From contig JAFTQB010000014.1 of NCBI GenBank assembly GCA_017462985.1, forward strand, positions 26,071-90,070: 64,000 bases of DNA, written 5' to 3'. Below the pieces are notes generated by a model. The model saw only the letters and a list, made by a program, of their open reading frames with translations. It had not been told where the DNA came from and did no database searches. A program made the translations under genes and the position numbers. The DNA comes from Clostridia bacterium (lineage in GTDB: Bacteria > Bacillota > Clostridia > Christensenellales > Borkfalkiaceae). Position 1 is the first letter of the stretch. Every line of letters starts with the position of its first letter. Positions 45,553 through 54,309 of this stretch are shown piece by piece.

Positions 45553-47091
45553 TCATTCCTCCCGCTCGCCGCTGTACGCGCGATAGGAGATCGCCTCGTA
45601 CAAATGCTCCGGTTGGATATTTTCACAAAGTTCCAAATCGGCGATCGTCCGCGCGACTTTCAAGATCCTCGCGCGCGCCCTTGCCGATAATCGAAGCGTT
45701 TCAAACGCTTCCCTAAGCACTTCCTCGCCCTCTTTCGTCAAGCGGCAAAATTCGCGCGTTTCCCGCTCGCCCATTTCGGCGTTCGTCTTAACCTTGCCGC
45801 CCGCAAAACGCTCGTTTTGTATTCTTCTCGCGCCGTCCGCTCTGCTTTTCACCGCCGCACTGTTTTCTTCACGGCTCTCCGCCACCAGATCGTCGTATTC
45901 CACGCCGTCCACTTCCACTTGGATATCGATCCGATCGAGCAAGGGTCCCGAAATTTTCGCGCGGTAACGGCGAATATCGCGAGGAGTACAGCTACAACTG
46001 CGTTTCTTGCTCCCGTAATTGCCGCAGGGGCAGGGATTCATGCTCGCGCAGAGCATAAAGGACGCGGGATAGGTAACCGTGCCGCCCGAACGGGAGATCG
46101 TGATCACGCCGTCCTCTAACGGTTGGCGCAACGCTTCCAACGCCGAACGGGAATATTCGGGCAACTCGTCCAAAAACAGTACGCCGCCGTGCGCTAAACT
46201 GATCTCGCCGGGGTGTACCGTTTTGTTTCCGCCGCCGCAAAGAGATACCGTCGTCGCCGTATGGTGCGGGGAACGGAACGGGCGCGTGCGCACGATGCCT
46301 TCTTCCCCAAGCGTACCCGCCACGGAATGGATCTTGGTGATCTCCAGCGCTTCGGAAAACTGCATATCGGGCAAAACGGACGGAATCGCCCGCGCCAACA
46401 TCGTCTTGCCGCTTCCGGGAGGACCTACGAACAGGATATTGTGTCCGCCCGCCACCGCCACTTCCAAGGCGCGTTTTGCGATCGCTTGCCCTTTCACGAA
46501 CGAAAGATCGTACGCAGTGGGCGCTTCCGCCGTAGGATTGGTAAAGGTAGCCGTTTCCACGGCGGGCAGGGGCGCGGAGCCGCTCAAATGCTCCACCACC
46601 TCTTTGAGCGTTTTCGCCGCCACGACGCAAACGCCGTGTACGTAGCCCGCTTCCTTTTCGTTGCCCTTGGGCACGATAAAACGGGTATAGCCTTTGTCTT
46701 TCGCGGAAATGATCGCGGGCAATACGCCCGTTACGGGGCGCAGATCACCGTTTAAGGCAAGCTCGCCTAAAAACACTGTTTTTTCAAGCGTTTCCTTTTC
46801 CGCTTTCAGCGCGCCCGTCGCAAGCATCAAGCTGATCGCTACGGGCAGATCGAACGCCGTGCCCTCTTTGCGAACGTACGCAGGCGCTAAATTAACGGTG
46901 ATCTTATGCGATGGAAAGGCGTACGCGCTGTTTTTGATCGCGCTTCTTACGCGCTCTTTCGATTCTTTCACCGCCGCGTCGGGCAAGCCTACGATATCGT
47001 AGGCGGGAAGCCCGCGAGAAACGTCCGTTTCCACCGTTACGGGAACGCCCTCCAAGCCCGAAAGCGCATAGCTTTGCACTTTTGCGATCAT
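45553..47091 (-). CDS. comM: YifB/ComM family Mg-chelatase-like ATPase
   Basis: Lon-protease-like N-domain, GPPGSGKTMLA Walker A, VLFLDELPE Walker B. I moved the start to the ATG at 47091, which follows GGAGG. Confidence 0.9.
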   Translation of the reverse strand: MIAKVQSYALSGLEGVPVTVETDVSRGLPAYDIVGLPDAAVKESKERVRSAIKNSAYAFPSHKITVNLAPAYVRKEGTAFDLPVAISLMLATGALKAEKETLEKTVFLGELALNGDLRPVTGVLPAIISAKDKGYTRFIVPKGNEKEAGYVHGVCVVAAKTLKEVVEHLSGSAPLPAVETATFTNPTAEAPTAYDLSFVKGQAIAKRALEVAVAGGHNILFVGPPGSGKTMLARAIPSVLPDMQFSEALEITKIHSVAGTLGEEGIVRTRPFRSPHHTATTVSLCGGGNKTVHPGEISLAHGGVLFLDELPEYSRSALEALRQPLEDGVITISRSGGTVTYPASFMLCASMNPCPCGNYGSKKRSCSCTPRDIRRYRAKISGPLLDRIDIQVEVDGVEYDDLVAESREENSAAVKSRADGARRIQNERFAGGKVKTNAEMGERETREFCRLTKEGEEVLREAFETLRLSARARARILKVARTIADLELCENIQPEHLYEAISYRAYSGEREE

Positions 47092-47148
47092 ACGACCTCC
47101 TTTAAAAAGCACGAAATCCGCAAGCGCGCTCGCGGAAATCGTTATTCG

Positions 47149-49068
47149 TTATACTCTGAAATACCCGTTGTTTAAAATACTCGTCCAACCGAAAATATTC
47201 GCCGCCGCAGCGGGGATCGCAGCTCCGTACATGCTCGGAACCGACAGACAGAACACGATCGCGCTCAAACCGAGCACGGCGTACAGAGCCACATCGATCC
47301 AACCCTTACGCTCCTCTTGCAGCGAGCCTTCCAAAGCCATAGCCGCCGCGGGAATAAAGGCGAGGTAGCACGCCGTAAACAGCAGTCCGCTCAAAACGGA
47401 CGAATTGCCTTTCAGCGCCGCCGCGAGCATTGAAAGCGCCATGCCGCTCAACAGCAAGATCCAAACGCGGCGAATCCGAAGCGCGGCTTTATCCGTTTTC
47501 TTTTTCACCATATCCATGATCGCTTTCACCGTTACGAAGATAAAGGAAGCGAACGCCGCAACGCAAGCCGCGATATTGATACAAGCGTTCCAAGCAAGAT
47601 ATTCGCTCCCCGACGAAGCGGAATAGATCGTCGCAGGTTGCAAGGGCAACAGCCAAGAAACGATTGCGCTCGCGCTAGCCGAAGCATAAGGCGTTTGGAA
47701 AGAAACCGTAGCCGAATCGCTCAACGCTTTCCAAAGCAGCGTCAAAAAGCTCATCGAAGGCGCAGTCGCATTATCGTACGCTTTCACGAGCGCGGAATAC
47801 GCAAATACGCCCGTCAAGAGCGTGATGAGCAAAGTCATCGCCACGAACGAGAGCGCCGCAAAACCGATCGCCACGCGCTTTTTGTACGCGTAATCGCTTT
47901 GCAAACGCGCTTTCGCTTCCGTATTTTCTTCCGTTTCGCTCTCGCTCAACTTTTCCGTCGCCAAGCGGTGCGCCGCTTTCATACGGAGCATACCGAACAC
48001 GAACAGCGCCACAACGCCGAGCACGGGAAGCACGGCAAAAATTTCCATACAAATCGCCACGGCAGCAAACGCGCCCGAAAATAAGATATTTAAACCGCCT
48101 TTGATAGGCATCGACGAAGAGATCCCGCGGGAGAAGAAACGGTACATAAAGTACGCCGAACCGAGAAGCGCGGAAAACACCATCGAATAAGCCGCGCCCA
48201 TTCTCCCTACGCTCGTTGCAAGCCCGCCGATCGCAAACAGCACGGAAGCGTAAAACGCGTATTTTTCGCTCTTGAAAAGGTCTTTACACAAAAGGAACAA
48301 AAACACGAGCGATACGCAAGTAGCGATAAAGGGCGCGAAGCGAATGGCAAACGCGCTATTTCCAAAGACCGCCACGGGCACCGCCATGAACGCCGTTGCC
48401 AAAATGCCAAAGCTATCGTCTAAATTATAAACGCTTCCGCTCATCACCGCATTGCCGCCAAGAAGCGTATGCACCGCCGTCATCGACATTGCTTCCTCTT
48501 GGGAAAGGTTGTAATACGCGTTGAGGCTTTGTGTAAAGCTTTCCTGCGCGTCGCAACCTGCTTGCAGCTCGTCCCATTTATAGCCGTTATAGTTGGTATA
48601 CGGCGTTAAAGGGATCACGTTGCCGTCGGTATCCAAACACACGATTTCGTTCAGATCGAGGTTTTGCGTCGCCTTGAAATAAATATACCGCGCGGAAACG
48701 CCTTTCCCTTCCACAACGGGCAACCAATTATAGTTATAGCCGTTCTTGCCTATCTCCGAAGAGATATTCGAAAGCTTGAATTTTGCAGTAACGTCGGTGC
48801 CGCTCGTTTTGGATGGCGAGGAAGAATTGGTGTATTCCACTTCGATTTCCGCCGTATTGCCGTAATCGGTATAGATCGCGCCGATATTCACGTACACGGC
48901 GTCCAATTTTTTCGAACTGCCGCCAAACGAATACATCACCGTTTTGTTCGCGACGTACGAAAGCGACTCGCCCGTGTTCACCGCGTTGCCGAGCGTTGCA
49001 AAGCCCGCGGCGATAAACACAACGAGCACGATCAAAAACGCCCATATAAATTTGCCTATTTTTTTCAT
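47149..49068 (-). CDS. Hypothetical large polytopic membrane protein (possibly GT-C/PMT-like; unverified)
   Basis: 639 aa. A signal-anchor TM is followed by a roughly 190-aa extracytoplasmic region, at least 10 further TMs and a charged loop (KLSESETEENTEAKARLQ). Confidence 0.6.
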   Translation of the reverse strand: MKKIGKFIWAFLIVLVVFIAAGFATLGNAVNTGESLSYVANKTVMYSFGGSSKKLDAVYVNIGAIYTDYGNTAEIEVEYTNSSSPSKTSGTDVTAKFKLSNISSEIGKNGYNYNWLPVVEGKGVSARYIYFKATQNLDLNEIVCLDTDGNVIPLTPYTNYNGYKWDELQAGCDAQESFTQSLNAYYNLSQEEAMSMTAVHTLLGGNAVMSGSVYNLDDSFGILATAFMAVPVAVFGNSAFAIRFAPFIATCVSLVFLFLLCKDLFKSEKYAFYASVLFAIGGLATSVGRMGAAYSMVFSALLGSAYFMYRFFSRGISSSMPIKGGLNILFSGAFAAVAICMEIFAVLPVLGVVALFVFGMLRMKAAHRLATEKLSESETEENTEAKARLQSDYAYKKRVAIGFAALSFVAMTLLITLLTGVFAYSALVKAYDNATAPSMSFLTLLWKALSDSATVSFQTPYASASASAIVSWLLPLQPATIYSASSGSEYLAWNACINIAACVAAFASFIFVTVKAIMDMVKKKTDKAALRIRRVWILLLSGMALSMLAAALKGNSSVLSGLLFTACYLAFIPAAAMALEGSLQEERKGWIDVALYAVLGLSAIVFCLSVPSMYGAAIPAAAANIFGWTSILNNGYFRV

Positions 49069-49204
49069 AGGTAGCTCCTCCCGTATTCACGCTTTTTTCC
49101 GTAGGAAAAAAACGAAAAAAACTATCCTTTCTATATTGTACAAAAAAACGAAAAAAAAGTAAAACAATTTGCCGCACAATTTTTCATTTCTTTGCCTCAG
49201 ATCG

Positions 49205-49241
49205 ATAAAAAAACAGGTTCGCCCCTGACTTTGGGTGAACC
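49205..49241 (-). terminator. Intrinsic terminator after rplS
   Basis: On the minus strand, GGTTCACCC-aaagtca-GGGGCGAACC followed by TGTTTTTTTT. Confidence 0.65.
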
Positions 49242-49265
49242 CGCTTACTTTTTGCGAAATCTTCG

Positions 49266-49610
49266 TTAAATTTTTTCTTTAACTTTTGCCGCCTTACCCG
49301 TCAAACCGCGCAGATAATACAGCTTCGCTCTTCTAACTTTACCCTTTCTGACAACCGTGATAGACGCGATCTTCGGGGAATGAAGAGGATACGTTTTTTC
49401 TACGCCTACGCCGTAAGAAATATGGCGGACGGTGAACGTTTCGGAAATACCGCCGTTCTTTTTCGCAATAACAACGCCTTCGAAGTTTTGAATTCTTTCC
49501 TTGCCGCCTTCAATAATCTTGAAGCCCACTCTCACCGTGTCGCCCACGTTGAATTGAGGGATTTCGGCTTTCATACCTTCTGCGTTGATCGCTTCGATCA
49601 ATCCTTTCAT
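49266..49610 (-). CDS. rplS: 50S ribosomal protein L19
   Basis: [46 protein letters not shown]. Confidence 0.97.
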   Translation of the reverse strand: MKGLIEAINAEGMKAEIPQFNVGDTVRVGFKIIEGGKERIQNFEGVVIAKKNGGISETFTVRHISYGVGVEKTYPLHSPKIASITVVRKGKVRRAKLYYLRGLTGKAAKVKEKI

Positions 49611-49707
49611 CTGATTTAACCTCCGTTATTTACGAGACGTTCATAACCCGCTGCGTAGCTCCTCACCACGCCCAAAAAAGGCAGCGGAACGTTCGAAGTC
49701 GGCTATT

Positions 49708-49736
49708 ATTATAGCGTATTTCTTTTCCTTTGGCAA
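49708..49736 (-). promoter_or_regulatory. Putative rplS promoter with a roughly 95-nt structured leader
   Basis: On the minus strand, TTGCCA (49736-49731), a 17-nt spacer, then TATAAT (49713-49708). The leader contains a CCGCTGC...GCAGCGG stem. Confidence 0.5.
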
Positions 49737-49806
49737 GCGTTTTTGCTTATATTTTTAAAAATTTTTTACGCAAGTTGCGCCCTTTGTTTTACCGCCCACG
49801 ATAAAA

Positions 49807-49861
49807 TTTGTCAACGATTAGCTCCATTCGTTTGACAAAACGCAAAAATTCGGCATATAAT
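49807..49861 (+). promoter_or_regulatory. Promoter of the CDF transporter gene overlapped by an 8-bp inverted repeat
   Basis: TTGACA (49832-49837), an 18-nt spacer, then TATAAT (49856-49861). Inverted repeat TTTGTCAA (49807-49814) / TTGACAAA (49832-49839). Confidence 0.5.
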
Positions 49862-49870
49862 AGAGATACT

Positions 49871-51046
49871 ATGACGGACCTTTTGATTAAAATTTTCGTA
49901 AAAAACCACGAACAAACAAACGACGAGCAGGTACGCGCGGGGCATGCAACTCTCGCCTCGATCACGGGAATATTGCTCAATATCCTGCTCTTTTGCGGCA
50001 AGCTTACCATGGGGCTGATCACCGCTTCGGTGGCGATCGTCGCGGACGCGTTCAATAATATTTCCGACGCCGGCTCTTCCCTCGTTACCATAATCGGCTT
50101 CCGTTTATCCGCAAAACCCGTCGACAAAGAACACCCCTTGGGGCACGGCAGGTTTGAATACATATCCGGCTTTATCGTGGACGTGATCATACTTCTCGTC
50201 GGAGCGGAACTGATGATCTCGTCGATCGAACGCATCGTTTCTCCTACGCCCGTACAATCGGGAAGCGCCACGATCATTATTCTTTCCGTTGCAATCTTAA
50301 TAAAGCTTTGGCTGTTCTTCTTCTATCGTAAAATCGGCAAAAAGATCAACTCTTCGGCGTTAAAATCCGCTTCTCTCGACAGCGCGACCGACTGCGTTGC
50401 CACTACGCTCGTGCTGTTCACCGCCGTTTCCTCGCAGCTCGGTTGGTTTCAAGGCTTCCCCTTGGACGGTTTGATCGGTATTTTGGTGGCTTGCTTTATC
50501 CTGTTCACGGGCTTCAAAGCGGCAAAGGAAACCATCGATCTTTTGCTCGGCTCTCCTCCCGACCCCGAATTTATCAAGGAAATTTACGCGTTCGTAGAGG
50601 ATTATCCCCAAATCGTCGGGATCCACGACGTGATGGTGCACGATTACGGCCCCGGCAGAAAGATCGTTTCCTTCCACGCCGAAGTGCCGTCCGATTGCAA
50701 TATCAATACCGCGCACGAGATCATCGACGGAATCGAACGGGATATGTTCGACCGTTTCCGCTGTATCGTTACCATCCACCTCGACCCGATCGCCGTCAAC
50801 GACGAACGGGTGAACGAAATGAAACGCTTGGCGGAAGAAAGCGCGAAAGCGATCGACGAAAGCTTTACCATTCACGATTTTCGAATGACGCAGGGCGATA
50901 CTTTCACCAACCTGATCTTCGACCTCGTCGTACCCGCCGACTGTAAAACCCCGCTCGACGAATGTGTGAAAGCCGTTGCAAACGAAATCAAACGCCGCAA
51001 CGAAAACTGCTTCGCCGTTATTCGCGGGGAACACCCGTACGTATAA
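49871..51046 (+). CDS. Cation diffusion facilitator family transporter
   Basis: ASVAIVADAFNNISDAGSS (TM2 metal site), 6 TMs and a C-terminal cytoplasmic domain. I moved the start to the ATG at 49871. Confidence 0.88.
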   Translation: MTDLLIKIFVKNHEQTNDEQVRAGHATLASITGILLNILLFCGKLTMGLITASVAIVADAFNNISDAGSSLVTIIGFRLSAKPVDKEHPLGHGRFEYISGFIVDVIILLVGAELMISSIERIVSPTPVQSGSATIIILSVAILIKLWLFFFYRKIGKKINSSALKSASLDSATDCVATTLVLFTAVSSQLGWFQGFPLDGLIGILVACFILFTGFKAAKETIDLLLGSPPDPEFIKEIYAFVEDYPQIVGIHDVMVHDYGPGRKIVSFHAEVPSDCNINTAHEIIDGIERDMFDRFRCIVTIHLDPIAVNDERVNEMKRLAEESAKAIDESFTIHDFRMTQGDTFTNLIFDLVVPADCKTPLDECVKAVANEIKRRNENCFAVIRGEHPYV

Positions 51047-51053
51047 GAAAAAC

Positions 51054-51110
51054 AAAAAAAGAGGCGCTGAAATTTGCTATTCGTGCAAATTTCAGCGCCG
51101 TTCTTTTTTG
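51054..51110. terminator. Bidirectional intrinsic terminator
   Basis: A-run, GGCGCTGAAATTTGC-tattcgt-GCAAATTTCAGCGCC, then TTCTTTTTT. Confidence 0.85.
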
Positions 51111-51111
51111 C

Positions 51112-51684
51112 TTAATATTTCCCGATGCCGCCGTGGCGATCGTCGTAAAGATCGATCTTTTCGTTTAAAATTTTGATCGCTTCTTCCGCGCTTTCCACGC
51201 CGTACACGCGATCGTCCTCGATCCCCTCGTAACGCACGTCGTCCGAAAGCCGCGTATCCGCAAGCTTTTCGCTCCAACCGCCCGAATTTTTAAAGGCGAT
51301 CACCAACCGATTGAGCGACCATGCAAACGCGTATTCGCTGAGCGTTCCCGCGCCGCCTCCGACGCCGACCACGGCGTAGGCGTTCGCCACCATCGCGTTA
51401 CGCATCATATCCAAGCCCGTGGGAATGACGATATCCGCATATTCGTTCGCCGTTTCCGTATCGAAAGAGGGAACGAGCGCAATCGTATCCCCCTCGCGGT
51501 AGTTTTCCGAAGCGTGCGCGCCAGCCATCACCGCTTCCATCACGCCGCGAAGCCCGCCGCTTTGCACGCGGTAGCCGTTATCCACCAACGCTTTGCCGAG
51601 CGCAAACGCGAGCTGATACTTCACGCCGCCCTTTTCTATTTTTTTATCCCCGATCACGGAGATGATTTTTCTTCTATCATTCAT
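51112..51684 (-). CDS. LOG/TIGR00725-like Rossmann-fold nucleotide-binding protein
   Basis: ISVIGD..., GGLRGVMEA, GGGAGTLSE (PGGxGTxxE-like LOG motif). Confidence 0.7.
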   Translation of the reverse strand: MNDRRKIISVIGDKKIEKGGVKYQLAFALGKALVDNGYRVQSGGLRGVMEAVMAGAHASENYREGDTIALVPSFDTETANEYADIVIPTGLDMMRNAMVANAYAVVGVGGGAGTLSEYAFAWSLNRLVIAFKNSGGWSEKLADTRLSDDVRYEGIEDDRVYGVESAEEAIKILNEKIDLYDDRHGGIGKY

Positions 51685-51718
51685 AATTTTTTCCTCCTTT
51701 TTTCAGTATATGCAATTT

Positions 51719-52339
51719 TTATCCGCGAATGAAATTGGTGAATATCTTTTTCTCGGTGATCGGCGCGATCCCCGCTTCCTTTCCCGCTTGCATACACTTC
51801 AAAAGCCAAGCCATATTATTGCCCAAAATACGCATCGTTTGCAAGCCCTCGGTATCCTGCAACGCTTCTTCCGCCGTATTGCCGTGAATTTCGTTCCAAT
51901 AATTCGAAGATACGATCGGCATATTGTTCATGGTGAAATATTTATTGATCACGTCGAACGTCGTGCTTGCGCCCGCGCGTCTGCAACTCACCACCGCCGC
52001 CGCAGGCTTGAACGCAAAGCTTCTGCCGCCGCTATAAAACGCCCGATCCATCAACGATACGAGCGCGCCGCTCGCGGAAGCGTAATACACGGGCGAACCG
52101 AATACGAAGCCGTCAAATTCCGCCGCCTTCGCCACAAATTCGTTCACCGCGTCGTCCACCACGCATTTTTTAATTTTTTTGCACGCCCAACAGCCCTTAC
52201 AGCCGCTCACCTGCGCCTTTCCAAGCTGAAAAATTTCCGTTTCCACGCCGTTTTCATTCAAGGCTTTCGCCACCTCGCAAAGCGCGGTATACGTGCAACC
52301 TTTTTCGTGCGAACTGCCGTTGACCAATAATACTTTCAT
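51719..52339 (-). CDS. Iron-sulfur flavoprotein-like NAD(P)H-dependent FMN reductase family protein
   Basis: MKVLLVNGSSHEKGCT flavodoxin-like start and the compact Cys motif CKGCWACKKIKKC (CX2CX2CX5C), as in Isf proteins. Confidence 0.75.
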   Translation of the reverse strand: MKVLLVNGSSHEKGCTYTALCEVAKALNENGVETEIFQLGKAQVSGCKGCWACKKIKKCVVDDAVNEFVAKAAEFDGFVFGSPVYYASASGALVSLMDRAFYSGGRSFAFKPAAAVVSCRRAGASTTFDVINKYFTMNNMPIVSSNYWNEIHGNTAEEALQDTEGLQTMRILGNNMAWLLKCMQAGKEAGIAPITEKKIFTNFIRG

Positions 52340-52422
52340 AATTCTCTCCTTATAGGTTTTTTCTTATTATAACACCGTTTTTTTATTTTTTCAATACTCT
52401 TTGGAAAATTTTTACAAAAACT

Positions 52423-53474
52423 TCACTTTTCAAGCATAGAAAGACATTGACGGAACGCCGTCGGCAAGGAAATCTCGCCTTGCAATTTTTCCATGGAAAC
52501 GCTTTCGAACGCTCCTTTTTCCGCTTCCGCCAAATAGCATTGCATCTCCCATTTGATATGCGTGAAAGTATGCGTAAATTTTTTCTTATCCAATATCTTA
52601 AACGCGTACACGCCCCACCCGTTTAAAACGCTTTCGGGCGTTTCCGTCCCGTTTGCGGCAACGGACGGAAATTCGTACATTCCTTTTAAAACGCCGCTTT
52701 CGCGTTTGCGGATACACACGCCTTCTTTCGTTTTGATCAAAAATACAAGCAGCGTTTGTTTTTTCTGCTCGGCTTTTTTCGCAATCACGGGGAACTGCGT
52801 TTGCGTGCCGCTTTCCCTCGCCTTGCAAAGCCCTGCAAGCGGACAAAGCGCGCAATCGGGCGAGGTCGGTTTGCATACGAGCGCGCCCAGCTCCATCAAC
52901 GCTTGCGTGAAATCACTGCAAGCCGCGCCCTCGGCAGGGTAAACCGCCCGCAAGCGCTCCTCTAAATATTTTCGATAGTCCGCTTCGGAAATCTCCGTCG
53001 GGTTTTCCATCAAGCGGGATAACACGCGGAATACGTTGCCGTCTACTGCGGGCGTTCGTTTCCCGAACGCAATCGAGGCGATCGCTCCCGCCGTATACGC
53101 GCCGATCCCGGGGAGCTTTTGCAATTCCTTCGGGTCGCAAGGGAACTCGCCGCCCCGCTCGTACGCGACGATCTTCGCCGTCTTTTGCAAGTTTCGCGCG
53201 CGGGAATAATATCCCAAGCCCTCCCAAAGCTTTAATAATTTTTCTTCTTCGCAATCCGCTAGATCTCGCACGGTGGGAAGCGCAGATAAAAAGCGCAAAT
53301 AATATTCTTTTGCCGCCTCTACGCGCGTTTGTTGCAACATGATCTCGGAAACCCATACGCGGTACGGCGCGGGATTTCCCGCCAAGGCAAATCGCGCTTG
53401 CATTCCCGATACCAAGCAAGCAGGGGGGCAGGTACGAGTTCAAGGGGAAATTCGTCCGTTTTAATAATCGCCAT
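52423..53474 (-). pseudogene. mutY: A/G-specific adenine DNA glycosylase MutY, interrupted by a 1-nt frameshift near codon 33
   Basis: From the ATG at 53474, MAIIKTDEFPLELVPAPLLAWYRECKRDLPWRE is the MutY N-terminus. The family continues NPAPYRVWVSEIMLQQTRV... only in the +1 frame (track ORF 52423..53415). The junction is at the A3 (plus-strand T3) run, 53375-53377. Confidence 0.8.
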
Positions 53475-53476
53475 AA

Positions 53477-54205
53477 TTATAAAATACCGTTAAAAAATTC
53501 AATGCTGTTTTCTATTTCGGGCGAAGAGGGATAAGTGAATTTTTTCGGCATAGTCATAGAAGCGTCCGCGCCGACGTAAGTGATATCCGCTTCGCCGCCC
53601 ACGCTCGGCGTTACCAAACAGTTGCCGATCCCCACGAATGCGCCGGGATAGCCCGCAAAGACGGTTTTGGTAAGCTCCACGCCCGTTATAATTTCAATGC
53701 CCGTCGTGCCCACCGCTTCAAAGAAAGGACGGTAGCAATCCAAAGTATTCGCTCTGTCCTCGTCGTCCAAGGTTTCCAAACCGTCTAAAACGACGAACAG
53801 CTTGGGATAGCGGCGCTTGGTGATCCGCATCCGCGCAAGCTCCTGTACGGTAGAAAGCACGGCGGCAACGTCCGCTTTGTTCGTGATGAACGGAACGGTG
53901 ATATCGGCGGCGGCAAGCTTCATCAATTTTCCGTAGGATAAATCGGGGGAAACGATCAAAAACGCCGCTTCCGTCTTTTCGTAAAGGCAAGCGAGCGTAA
54001 GCACGAGGCGGGAAATAAACTCCCCTCTCATCCCCCCCGTTACGCAGGTATGATGATACCGCTCCACCATATTTTCGCGATGCGCCGCCACAACGGTATT
54101 CGCACTATCCACGCCAAGCGGCAAGCAATCGCGCACGGTTTCAAATCCCAACGCGTCCGTTTTGGAAATTTCCGATACCTTTGCCAAAAACTCATCCGTT
54201 CTCAT
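53477..54205 (-). CDS. Stand-alone FtsK/SpoIIIE-like P-loop domain protein with degenerate Walker A and B motifs
   Basis: The layout LPLGVD...HHTCVTGGMRGEFIS...LIVSP...KLFVVLDGLETL...GIEIITGV...GEADITY parallels the FtsK motor domain (LPIALGKD...HLLIAGTTGSGKS...IDPK...VVVIDELADL...GIHL..ATQ...G.GD.LY). The Walker A Lys-Ser is replaced by Glu-Phe, and the Walker B DE by DG. Confidence 0.55.
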   Translation of the reverse strand: MRTDEFLAKVSEISKTDALGFETVRDCLPLGVDSANTVVAAHRENMVERYHHTCVTGGMRGEFISRLVLTLACLYEKTEAAFLIVSPDLSYGKLMKLAAADITVPFITNKADVAAVLSTVQELARMRITKRRYPKLFVVLDGLETLDDEDRANTLDCYRPFFEAVGTTGIEIITGVELTKTVFAGYPGAFVGIGNCLVTPSVGGEADITYVGADASMTMPKKFTYPSSPEIENSIEFFNGIL

Positions 54206-54234
54206 AAATCCGACCTCTCTCGTTTCTCTCTATC

Positions 54235-54263
54235 AGTATACCACGGCAACGAAAACTTGTCAA
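54235..54263 (-). promoter_or_regulatory. Promoter of the FtsK-like/mutY gene pair
   Basis: On the minus strand, TTGACA (54263-54258), a 17-nt spacer, then TGgTATACT (54243-54235). Confidence 0.6.
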
Positions 54264-54270
54264 GTTTTCC

Positions 54271-54302
54271 AAAGAAAAAGGGCTGCGATTTTCTCGCAAC
54301 CC
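54271..54302 (-). terminator. Intrinsic terminator after the HtrA-like gene
   Basis: On the minus strand, GGGTTGCGA-gaaaa-TCGCAGCCC followed by TTTTTCTTT. Confidence 0.6.
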
Positions 54303-54309
54303 CTCGCTT

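Noticed and set aside
49611-49707. Assignment of the rplS 5' UTR to the Rfam L19 leader family
   Set aside because: A CCGCTGC/GCAGCGG stem exists, but I cannot recall the family consensus well enough to claim membership. I report it only as a promoter plus leader.
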